From: Bacillus pseudomycoides
Lineage (GTDB): Bacteria; Bacillota; Bacilli; Bacillales; Bacillaceae_G
Length of the DNA stretch: 24,000 nt
Assembly (NCBI RefSeq): GCF_022811845.1
Contig: NZ_CP064266.1
Location: forward strand, 3,586,314 to 3,610,313
Reading direction: 5' to 3'
In this document: positions 6,837 to 14,982 of the stretch, in pieces
How positions within the stretch are numbered: position 1 is the first letter of the stretch
Layout of the letters: each line of letters begins with the position of its first letter
Notes under the pieces: generated by a model
What the model was told of the DNA's origin: nothing
Databases searched by the model: none
Seen by the model: only the letters and a program-made list of their open reading frames with translations
Translations under genes and position numbers: made by a program

Positions 6837-7771
6837 ACACCAGTATCAGGGGATATACAGGTAAAAGAACTCGTCATTGGCAAAGAACTATCCGCAAAAG
6901 AAAGACTTATTGCGGCAGGCTGGACGGTTCTGAACATTATTCCGGTTGGAAAAGTCCTTAGTACTGCTGGAAAAGTAATTAAGTATGGCGGAAAAATGGT
7001 CGTAGAAGCAGTAGAGAAAGGCGGAAAAGCCCTTCTTGATGGAGCGAAGAAAGTATCAAGTAAAGTAAAAGAAGGTGTATCTTTCGTTGCTTCTAAAACG
7101 AAAAGTTTCGCTGATAAAGTAGGGGACCTATGGAATAAAGGGAAGATAAAGGTTAAAACCGATTTTATAGAAGCAGATAAGGCATTCCGTTATGCTATCA
7201 AAAAATTAGGAGAGTATGTGCCGAAATCTGGTAGAGGCCTTGCCTTTGAGACAGAAAGTGCAGGCAAGATTCCTAGTGGAGGAAAGAACCTGCTGCAAGA
7301 TGCGTATCAGTATGTGAAAGATACTGGTGAGAGGGTTTTTGGTAGTGGTGAGAAGGATGTTGTTAAGGGAGCTAACGGTTTAAAAATTCCTCAGGGATTA
7401 ACAGAAGAACAGTTTTCCAATATGAGTAACTTATTAAAGAGTGAATTCGGAAACATAAGTGATGATATTTTTGTACAAGGTAGTAGAGCAGGAGGAACTG
7501 CAAAATTAACATCAGATATTGATATAGGTGTCCGTGTAAGTGAAGAGCAATTTGAGGGACTTGTAAAAAAAAATTTGGAACTCCAAATCCAGGTTCTGTA
7601 AAAGAAAGAACCATGCTTCATGCTTTAGAGACTGGAAAAATTCAAGCGGGTGAAGCTAAATTGAGAGGACTCCGAAAAGAAATAGAAAATCTATTAGGGA
7701 TAGAGGCTGATGTCTCTATAATTTTAGAGCGTGGAAAATTTGATAACCCACCATATATACCTATTAAATAA
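6837..7771 (+). pseudogene. Orphan toxin cassette 1: PT-TG/pre-toxin region + nucleotidyltransferase-like toxin tip, frameshifted
   Basis: It has no WXG100 domain and no start codon. The frame is open from 6837, and the degenerate PT-TG region has 1 extra nt near 6865-6880. The tip contains VQGSRAGGTAKLTSDIDIGV (the G-S-x10-D-x-D Pol-beta NTase signature). An A9 run at 7565-7573 shifts the frame: the ORF stops at 7601, but the frame reached by adding one A continues FGTPNPGSVKERTMLHALETGK...FDNPPYIPIK to the TAA at 7769-7771. Confidence 0.7.
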
Positions 7772-7784
7772 GGAGGAGTATAGG

Positions 7785-8158
7785 TTGGAAGATTTATATT
7801 GTAAAGTTTTTATAAATACTATTCAATCAATTGAAGAGTTAACTGAAAAAATTTCTGTTTGTTTACATTTGGAACATGATAAATTTTTTTCTATAGAAGG
7901 TGATTATTTCAGTGTTGATGTTATAAAAATAAAGAATTTGATGAAGAAAAATCGAAAGAATTTCCAGATGGCTTTCTTTACTTTCCATATTTTTTAGATA
8001 TTGATACATCTGATTATAATAAAAGCGGCGATTATAAAAAAGAAATCAGAAAATTGCTTGTGTTTTTGTGGGAAGAGAGTTATCAAGTAGTTGCCTCATG
8101 TGATTTTGAAAATGAGCTACCATATAAAGGTGGATATAACCAAAGAATAAATTATTGA
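7785..8158 (+). pseudogene. Immunity gene of orphan cassette 1, frameshifted
   Basis: AAGGAGG at 7770-7776, then TTG at 7785 (LEDLYCKVFINTIQSIEELTEK...). The frame breaks in an A5 run near 7922-7930. Adding one A restores ..DVIKNKEFDEEKSKEFPDGFLYFPYFLDIDTSDYNKSGDYKKEIRKLLVFLWEESYQVVASCDFENELPYKGGYNQRINY up to the TGA at 8156-8158. Confidence 0.55.
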
Positions 8159-8258
8159 AATTTATAATTGTAATTGCTTATTTTGCTAGAGTCTGAGGAA
8201 ATAGAAATGTAGAGATGATATAATTCTTTTTATAGTGTTATTTATAGGAGAATTTATC

Positions 8259-8330
8259 TATACGATTTGAACTGGAAGATGTGAATAATCTTCCAGTTTT
8301 TTTATTGGAATGGAAAAATATAATTAATAG
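8259..8330 (+). repeat. Inter-cassette repeat copy B
   Basis: tatacgatttGAACTGGAAGATgtgaataaTCTTCCAGTTtttttattggaatggaaaaaTATAATtaatag. It has the same hairpin and T-run, with TATAAT at 8319-8324. Confidence 0.85.
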
Positions 8331-8386
8331 AAAGAGATTTAAGTCATCTATGACAACTAAGAAACATTGTTAAAAGCTGCTATTAA

Positions 8387-9191
8387 GCAGCGGAATTTAT
8401 CAGTGTAAATGATGATATCAGAGCAGTTACAGGTACATATCCACGTACAGGCAAAGAGCTATCCACAAAAGAAAGACTCATTGCGGCAGGGTGGACGCTT
8501 CTGAACATTGTTCCGGTTGGAAAAGTCCTTAGTACTGCTGGAAAAGTAATTAAGTATGGCGGAAAAATCCTTCTTGATGGAGTGAAGAAAGTGTCAAGTA
8601 AGCTACATGAAGGCGTATCTTTCTTGGCATCAAAAGCAAAAGGGCTAAGTAATAAAATAGGGGATCTATGGAGTAAAGGGAAGACAAAGGTTAAAAATGA
8701 TTTTATAGAAGCTGGTAAGGAATTTCGTTATGCTATGAAAAAATTGGGAGAGTATGTGCCGAAATCTGGTAGAGGCCTTGCCTTTGAGACAGAAAGTGCG
8801 GGCAAGATTCCCAGTGGAGGAAAGAACCTGCTGCAAGATGCTTATCAGTATGTGAAAGATACTGGAGATAGGCTTTTGGGTAGGGAAAGTAGTAAGATAA
8901 AATATTCTTATAATAGTTTTACCAAAAGATCCAAGGGAGTTACTTAATCATGGGTGGAAAGATATAACACCTGAAGGAATGGCTAAAAACACCACTTCGA
9001 GAGAGTTTCTTGATCCAGATACAGGAATGAAGGTTAGATTTGATCCTGGGAAACCGGGAGCTAATGGCTTTGAAGGTAAAGACCATTATCATGTCCATAA
9101 TCCTAATAGTACTGGTAAGGGTGACTATTATTTGGATGTTAACGGTAAGCCTGTACCTAAAGGTTCAAAAGCGTCACACATTATACCATAA
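8387..9191 (+). pseudogene. Orphan toxin cassette 2: PT-TG/pre-toxin region + DHxH-type toxin tip, frameshifted
   Basis: The frame opens immediately after the TAA at 8384-8386 with AAEFISVNDDIRAVTGTYPRTGKELSTKERLIAAGW, and there is no start codon or WXG100 domain. The reading frame ends at 8947. The overlapping frame, open from 8901, continues LPKDPRELLNHGWKDITPEGMAKNTTSREFLDPDTGMKVRFDPGKPGANGFEGKDHYHVHNP...LDVNGKPVPKGSKASHIIP. That is one extra nt somewhere in 8901-8921, for example the T4 run. Confidence 0.7.
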
Positions 9192-9202
9192 GGAGGAGCT
9201 TT

Positions 9203-9562
9203 ATGAAAATAGTTGAGTTTTTAGAAAACTATAATTTACACGATAGTGTTGTAGAGAGCATAACTTTTTATCAAAATGAAAAAAGAGTTGTGATGGATAT
9301 GGACTTATGTAATTGGCTACAATCATTTTACGAGGATGGTGATCCAGAAATAAAGGTTGGTCAACTTGAATTTACTGAAGTAATATCATTCAAAACTGAA
9401 CCAAAAGTATTTACAATTAATAGTAATGAAATAATCGATGTTTCAGTATTAAGAATTGGTTCAGAAAATGAAACTGTTAAGTTTGTACTAACTAGTGAAG
9501 AGGATGTTATTATAGTAGAAATTGAAGCTGAAGGTGTAGATTGGTTTGAATGTGTAAATTAG
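9203..9562 (+). CDS. Immunity protein of orphan cassette 2
   Basis: AAGGAGG RBS, with the ATG 12 nt after the toxin-tip stop. The 119-aa acidic ORF has the N-terminal motif LHDSVVESITF, related to YWDSRVIELSS of ORF 4867. Confidence 0.65.
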   Translation: MKIVEFLENYNLHDSVVESITFYQNEKRVVMDMDLCNWLQSFYEDGDPEIKVGQLEFTEVISFKTEPKVFTINSNEIIDVSVLRIGSENETVKFVLTSEEDVIIVEIEAEGVDWFECVN

Positions 9563-9812
9563 AATTTACTCTTAAAGAATGTAAAATTGCTATTCTGCTA
9601 GATTTTAGGAAACAAAGAATTTTTAAAAGGATAAGATAGTCTAAATAGTGAACATGTGAATCTATAAAGTATTTGAGAGAATAAGCGGTGTTATTATTTT
9701 TATTAATTCTTTGGATGCCGAAAAAATAACATGCCAATAAAAGAAATTAACAGTAGTGTGAGAAAAGTGAAGTGACTGTTAGAAGTTTTATCGTGTTACT
9801 CGTTGGCTTATC

Positions 9813-9888
9813 TATATAATTTGAACTGGAAGATTAATTATATCTTCCAGTTTTTTATTGAACTAAAAAAATAGATATAATTAAAAGG
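9813..9888 (+). repeat. Inter-cassette repeat copy C
   Basis: tatataatttGAACTGGAAGATtaattataTCTTCCAGTTttttattgaactaaaaaaatagaTATAATtaaaagg, with TATAAT at 9876-9881. Confidence 0.85.
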
Positions 9889-9929
9889 AATAGGTGCAAG
9901 AAAAATATAAAAATATTTAAAAGTTTTGA

Positions 9930-10790
9930 TTGGCAACTGAATTTTTCAATGTAAACGACAGTATCATTGCGGCAGACTGGACGCTTTTGAATGTTACTCC
10001 GATTGGAAGAATTGGAAAAGGAATTAAATATGTCGGGAAAAAGGCTGGAAAAGCACTTCTTGATGTAGCGAAGAAAGTACCAAGTAAAGTAAAAGAAGGC
10101 GTATCTTTCGTTGCATCTAAAACGAAAAGTCTCGTTGATAAAGTAGGAGACCTGTGGAATAAAGGGAAGACAAAGGTTAAAAATGATTTTATAGAAGCAG
10201 ATAAGGCATTCCGTTATGCTATGAAAAAATTAGGAGAGTATGTGCCGAAATCTGGTAGAGACCTCGCCTTTGCTACAGAAAGTGCAGGCAAGATTCCTGG
10301 TCGAGGAAAGAACCTGCTGAAAGATGCTTATCAGTATGTGAAAGAGACTGGTGAGAAGGTTTTTGGTAGTGGTGAGAAGAACGGTGGTAAGGAAGCAAGC
10401 GGAGCTGGGAAGTTAGGAACTGGTAATATCGGGGATTTTAGTAATATACAGGGAGCGACCATTGATGATATTTTATCAAGAATTCCAAAGGATGCCCCAA
10501 AACGTGATCTAAGTCCACAACCAGGAAAAGTGACAGAAGGATTTGAATATAAATGGGAAGCTCCAGATGGTTCAACTATGAGAGTTAGAGTTCATGGTCC
10601 AGATGCCTCAGCACCGGCTGGAAGTAATGCTGCTAATGGTTGGATTGTAAGAGTGCAAAAAGGGAAAAAGTATTTTGATCCTATTTCAGGGGAGTTTCAA
10701 CCACCAGGCATAGTTAAACCAAATAGTTCACATTATAATGAGGGATTAGCAAATAGTACTTATATTCCAATCCAGCCACCAAAAAAATAA
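9930..10790 (+). CDS. Orphan toxin cassette 3: uninterrupted ORF lacking WXG100, toxin tip related to type 1
   Basis: The ORF runs from TTG 9930 (MATEFFNVNDSIIAADWTLLNV...). Relative to the full-length genes, about 60 nt of the PT-TG core (RAVTGKDPRTGKELSTKERL) are deleted. The pre-toxin region is conserved. The tip, FEYKWEAPDGSTMRVRVHGPDASAPAGSNAANGWIVRV, shares a motif with ISYKWNDGTYKYEVRWHTRTPGAPVEQGNTWVIQR of 844-2148. No credible RBS precedes 9930. Confidence 0.6.
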   Translation: MATEFFNVNDSIIAADWTLLNVTPIGRIGKGIKYVGKKAGKALLDVAKKVPSKVKEGVSFVASKTKSLVDKVGDLWNKGKTKVKNDFIEADKAFRYAMKKLGEYVPKSGRDLAFATESAGKIPGRGKNLLKDAYQYVKETGEKVFGSGEKNGGKEASGAGKLGTGNIGDFSNIQGATIDDILSRIPKDAPKRDLSPQPGKVTEGFEYKWEAPDGSTMRVRVHGPDASAPAGSNAANGWIVRVQKGKKYFDPISGEFQPPGIVKPNSSHYNEGLANSTYIPIQPPKK

Positions 10791-10804
10791 AGGAGTAAGG
10801 CAAT

Positions 10805-11245
10805 ATGAATTTTGAAGAAAAGTTAAATAAAATATTGAATGATTCTAGACTAGACAAGCAAGAAAAATTAAATAGTTTAGGAGCTATAGGAGATATTTTA
10901 GAATATGGGGATATCAGCAGAGATGAAGCAATTCAAGAAATGAATGTTCTAATAAAATATGTTGTTGAACAAAATGATAATGATATCAAAGAAGAGATTT
11001 TAAATATTATTTTGAATGGAGAAAATTCACGTAATGTTGATAAGGAATTAGATTTAGAACCAATTGTTTTGAATTTAAGTAAATTTAATGATGAATGTAT
11101 TAGTTACATTTTATCAATGTTAGGGTATTCTGGAAAAGAAAAATACAGAAAAGTAATTGAACAATTTAAGAATAGTCCTCGATTGGAGGAAGATGTAGAA
11201 GATGCGTTATTCGAGTTAGATTATAGAGTGAAAAATCAAAAGTAA
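10805..11245 (+). CDS. Immunity protein of orphan cassette 3 (helical-repeat-like)
   Basis: AAGGAG RBS, with the ATG 14 nt after the toxin stop. It is a 146-aa acidic, helix-rich ORF (..EEILNIILNGENSRNV..ISYILSMLGYSGKEKY..). I did not recognise the family. Confidence 0.6.
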   Translation: MNFEEKLNKILNDSRLDKQEKLNSLGAIGDILEYGDISRDEAIQEMNVLIKYVVEQNDNDIKEEILNIILNGENSRNVDKELDLEPIVLNLSKFNDECISYILSMLGYSGKEKYRKVIEQFKNSPRLEEDVEDALFELDYRVKNQK

Positions 11246-11580
11246 GAAACCACTTTTTCTAGCTTCTGGGGACAATAGTAAGAAGTTGAAAGATTGAACT
11301 TCTCTAAAATACCTATCAAATAAGTAGTCAATAGCTATGTTATAGGAAAATGTGGTGTCTATTGGCTATTATCATTTTATGTAACAGTTAATAGAAGACA
11401 CTAGTTTTATTTTTAGCAATTTATATAAGATGGATTTTAGTAATTTGGTGTTAAAAATATAGATTTTGATTCTACAATTATATGATAGCTTCATTTATAG
11501 TAGTGAATAGTATTGTTAGTTTGCTAGATTATGAGAGTAAACTAGCAAGATAAGAGCAAGGTTAATATAGAAAATGGCTG

Positions 11581-11655
11581 AGAATTTGAACTGGAAGATG
11601 TAGATAATCTTCCAGTTTTTTTATTTAAGTGAAAAAATAGATATAATTAAAAGGG
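11581..11655 (+). repeat. Inter-cassette repeat copy D
   Basis: agaatttGAACTGGAAGATgtagataaTCTTCCAGTTtttttatttaagtgaaaaaatagaTATAATtaaaagggg, with TATAAT at 11642-11647. Confidence 0.85.
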
Positions 11656-11707
11656 GAAATATGGAAAGGGAAATTACGACGCATTGTTAAAAATTTTTAT
11701 CAAGTAA

Positions 11708-11914
11708 CTGAATTTTTCCATAAACGTCAGTATCAGGGGCTTTACAGGTAAAGACCAACGACCTACAAAAGAAAGACTCATTGCGGCAGGCTGGACGCTT
11801 TTAAACTTTGTACCAATTGGAAAAGCCGCGAGTCTCGCTGGAAAAGCAATTAAGTATGGCGGAAAAATGGTTGTAGGAGCAGTAGGGAAAGCTGCCAAAG
11901 CCCATTATACTTAA
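11708..11914 (+). pseudogene. Orphan toxin cassette 4: truncated stub (PT-TG remnant only, no toxin tip)
   Basis: It reads ..INVSIRGFTGKDQRPTKERLIAAGWTLLNFVPIGKAASLAGKAIKYGGKMVVGAVGKAAKAHYT then stops at 11912-11914. It has a 21-nt deletion in the TG core and an upstream frameshift, and homology to the other cassettes ends at ~11890. Confidence 0.65.
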
Positions 11915-12168
11915 TATGTGCACATCAAAATTTGGAGGTAGCTACGATGATACTAGAGAGTGGTGGGGATGTAAATATTAGAGATAAGTTTTGAAATAAT
12001 GCATTATGGAGTGCAGTTTTAAATTGTAAGGGGAAATATTATGATATGGTTGAGCTTTTGATAAGAAAAAATCCGGATGTAACGACTAAAAATAAAGTAG
12101 GAAAATCCCCTTTAGATTTTGCAAAGCAGGTAAATAATAAGCGGTTAATTAATATACTAGAAAATTAG
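11911..12168 (+). pseudogene. Ankyrin-repeat protein remnant (3' part, in-frame TGA)
   Basis: The frame reads LICAHQNLEVATMILESGGDVNIRDKF, then TGA at 11992-11994, then NNALWSAVLNCKGKYYDMVELLIRKNPDVTTKNKVGKSPLDFAKQVNNKRLINILEN. This shows ANK-like periodicity (..LL..G.DVN..D..G..PL..A). It has no start codon and is fused directly to the orphan-4 stub. Confidence 0.55.
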
Positions 12169-12289
12169 AATTTAAATTATAAAGTAGAATCGATAATGTC
12201 ATTTTGGAGAAACAATAACATTCTAGTTTCTTTTCAAAATTGATCTAATTGATTTTTAAAAATTAATTAAAAGTTATTGGAGGATAATT

Positions 12290-12838
12290 ATGAAGAGTAA
12301 TGCCGAAGCTTTTATAGAAGGATTAGAAGAGTTGTTTGGAGAAGCAGATGCAATAAAAAAGATTAATACTAAAAATGGAGATACGCCAATTCATGTGTTT
12401 TTTTATCGTGATTTACCTGAAGAAGGTATGATGACATCTATTACTTATGGACTATCAGAAGCAAACCATCCAAATTGGAAAAACGGAAAACCAGAAATTA
12501 TTCTAACACTAGAGACTCAAGATGAAAATTGGGGATTAGCAACAGCGTATTTTGCGTCACAATTTAAAGGAGAAAAAAATTTCTCTTACGGTTCACTGTT
12601 TACTTTAGATACTCCCATTTCACATGAATCTGAAATGGTTGGGTTCTTTGTTTTTGCTCCTTCAATTCTAAGTAAAGAATACTCAGAAATTAAAACACCA
12701 AATGGATCAATACATTTAGTTGGTATGTATCCAATCTATAAAGAAGAGATTAAATTGTATCAAGCGATTGGATTGGAGGAGTTTTGGCGTATGGAGGGTT
12801 TTGATTTATATAATGTAAAGAGAAAAAAATTAGTATAA
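12290..12838 (+). CDS. SUFU (suppressor of fused)-like immunity protein
   Basis: GGAGG RBS and a 182-aa ORF. The pattern TPIHVFFYRDLPEEGMMTSITYGLSE...PEIILTLE...NWGLATAYFA...MVGFFVFAPSIL...IHLVGMYPIYKEEI..Y...G.EEFW fits the bacterial SUFU-domain immunity family as I remember it. Confidence 0.6.
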   Translation: MKSNAEAFIEGLEELFGEADAIKKINTKNGDTPIHVFFYRDLPEEGMMTSITYGLSEANHPNWKNGKPEIILTLETQDENWGLATAYFASQFKGEKNFSYGSLFTLDTPISHESEMVGFFVFAPSILSKEYSEIKTPNGSIHLVGMYPIYKEEIKLYQAIGLEEFWRMEGFDLYNVKRKKLV

Positions 12839-13191
12839 ATGTATAATGAGTTTTCAAAAATCCCTTTTTGTATATTTATGTAAATTAATTATCTATCATG
12901 CGAAAAACGGATGCTCAGTTTTTGATTTAATGAGTTTTAGGTCGATGATTAATACTATAGTATCGATATCTACAAAACTCTATTTACGAGTTGTTAAGTT
13001 AGTTATATGACATCCTCTTTAAAATTATCCTTTAAAACAAAAAATATATAATATTTCAAATCAAATCATAGGCAAGTATAGTGTATATTTCGTTATAGGA
13101 AAATTTGTTTTCTAGTTCGAGTGAGATATGGCGGGTACAAATATAATATGAAGAAGGATGAATATCTGTATGTTAAAATATAACAGGGGGG

Positions 13192-14253
13192 ATGAATATA
13201 AAAAAGATTGTGATTTCTATTATAGCTCTATTTGCTTTTATTTTCTTTGCTGCTATAGTGAATTTTTTATATTTTTCTTCTGTAAGTAAAGAAAACAAAG
13301 ATATACAAGAATACATAAAGGGCAAATATGGCATTGATGTTATCGTAACAAAACGAGGCAGTTCGAATGAGGTGAATTTAGGACACACTTGGCACACAGT
13401 TCAAGTAAAAGATAACAAAAACATTCAGTTTCGTGTAGAAGTGACTGGTTTCTTTTTTTCTACAATAATAGGTGATGAATATGAATATGGTAGAAAGACA
13501 TATGAAGAGTATAAAGAATTTAAGCCTCTTTTGAAGGAAATTGAGATGTTAGGATACACCCCAGTATCTGATGAAAATGTAATTCAATATATAATTGATG
13601 ATAGTGAGGTTGAGATTGAAGATAGTAAGATTGATGAGGAAAGACCAACCAATGAATTATTATTAACTTTAAAAACTATCCCTAAGCTTGATTATAGTCA
13701 ATTTGAAACAAAAGAACTTGATCGATTATTTGCCCTATTACAACTTGTTCAAGGTAATAACAAACAAATAACAAAAATTGAAATACTTGATAGCAAAGAT
13801 AAGTTACATGGATTTCATTTAGAAAATATACAGCAAATTACATCAAAAGATCAATTGTTATCTGTAATGAAAAATGAATCAGAGGAGTACTGGACGTATT
13901 TAATTCGTACACAAATCCATGACAAAATCAAAGAAGTTGAAAATGAACGTGTAGCGTTCAAAGATATTTCCTGTTCCTATATAGAAAATGGAGAGTGCAA
14001 GGGTTACGAGGCTACTTTAGAATTTAAAAATAATACGTTGCAATATAAGAAAAATCCACAGTTAATCGACGACATCTATAAAGTAATTTCTTTATTGCAA
14101 GCGGAAAAACCTAACAAAACAATTACTATGGAGTTTATCAATACAGGAAAATCATCCTATGCAAAAGTTTTTCATTTTGACACATTGCAAACAAGAGAAC
14201 ATATTGAAACCATTGTAAAAAAATATTTGGTTGAAGGTCCGTATAAATATTAA
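13192..14253 (+). CDS. Hypothetical membrane-anchored protein
   Basis: 353-aa ORF with one N-terminal hydrophobic helix (IVISIIALFAFIFFAAIVNFLYF) followed by a charged, presumably extracytoplasmic body. A G6 tract lies immediately 5' of the ATG. I did not recognise the family. Confidence 0.55.
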   Translation: MNIKKIVISIIALFAFIFFAAIVNFLYFSSVSKENKDIQEYIKGKYGIDVIVTKRGSSNEVNLGHTWHTVQVKDNKNIQFRVEVTGFFFSTIIGDEYEYGRKTYEEYKEFKPLLKEIEMLGYTPVSDENVIQYIIDDSEVEIEDSKIDEERPTNELLLTLKTIPKLDYSQFETKELDRLFALLQLVQGNNKQITKIEILDSKDKLHGFHLENIQQITSKDQLLSVMKNESEEYWTYLIRTQIHDKIKEVENERVAFKDISCSYIENGECKGYEATLEFKNNTLQYKKNPQLIDDIYKVISLLQAEKPNKTITMEFINTGKSSYAKVFHFDTLQTREHIETIVKKYLVEGPYKY

Positions 14254-14281
14254 AGTTTTTAAATTTTGTTTTTAGAAATAC

Positions 14282-14318
14282 AATAATCGCCTATCTATAA
14301 GTTTGATAGGCGATTATT
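14282..14318 (+). terminator. Stem-loop after 13192-14253 (terminator-like, poor U-tract)
   Basis: aataatcgcctatc (14282-14295) pairs with gataggcgattatt (14305-14318). Confidence 0.5.
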
Positions 14319-14689
14319 AATGTTACTTCTTCAATTAAGGGAGCTCAGCAGATCAAGAATGACAGATTAATCCTTTTCTTGTTGCTTTATAGGTGAGCAA
14401 GAGATCCTTTTTCTATGAAAAAAATTTAATTATGATGTGTATAGCAATCAAAATGGAATGAGTATTTAAATATGTAGGAGAGATTATTATGGAGTACTTA
14501 AGAATTTTCACTTAAAGAGATGGACGTGTGAAGACAATAAAAGTAGAGCCGTGGCGTTCATTTAAAGAGAAAATGAATGTTTTAGGAATCAAATATTCAG
14601 ATGTGTCCCAAATTTAACTAGTGGAATATAGAAAAGAAAAGAAATGCAATTTACTAAGGAAAATATGAGATGGAAGTAAAACATGTTAT

Positions 14690-14718
14690 GTATAAATATC
14701 ATAATTAAGCACATGTTA
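14690..14718 (+). promoter_or_regulatory. Candidate forespore (sigma-G-type) promoter for the SASP gene
   Basis: GTATA (14690-14694), a 17-nt spacer, then CATGTTA (14712-14718). This resembles the G-x-A-T-A / C-A-T-x-x-T-A pattern of sigma-G promoters and lies ~27 nt upstream of the ATG. It is a match by eye only. Confidence 0.3.
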
Positions 14719-14744
14719 TATACAAATATAATGGAGGTGTAATT

Positions 14745-14963
14745 ATGAATATTCAAAGGCATGATAATAGCTATAATGAAATTCTAATTTCTGGTGCTGC
14801 AAGTGCAATCGAGCAGATGAAATATGAAATCGCTCGTGAATTAGGAGTTACACTGGGTCCAGAGACATCTGCACGTGCTAATGGTTCCGTAGGTGGGGAA
14901 ATTACAAAGCGTCTTGTTCGAATGGGTGAAGAGCAATTAATGGGACAATATAGATTACATTAA
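14745..14963 (+). CDS. Alpha/beta-type small acid-soluble spore protein (SASP)
   Basis: GGAGGTG RBS and a 72-aa ORF. The sequence contains the hallmark [20 protein letters not shown]......[14 protein letters not shown]. Confidence 0.9.
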   Translation: MNIQRHDNSYNEILISGAASAIEQMKYEIARELGVTLGPETSARANGSVGGEITKRLVRMGEEQLMGQYRLH

Positions 14964-14982
14964 AAAGATACATATCCAATTA

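Noticed and set aside
7731-7997. GTG start at 7731 for the immunity ORF of cassette 1
   Set aside because: That start lies inside the (frame-restored) toxin tip coding region. An AAGGAGG RBS at 7770-7776 followed by an in-frame TTG at 7785 is a far better initiation site.
6684-11655. Whether the four regularly spaced direct repeats could be a CRISPR array
   Set aside because: The repeats are ~75 bp and imperfect. They are spaced 1.5-1.8 kb apart, and the spacers are homologous protein-coding cassettes. No cas genes are present. They are inter-cassette repeats of a toxin array.
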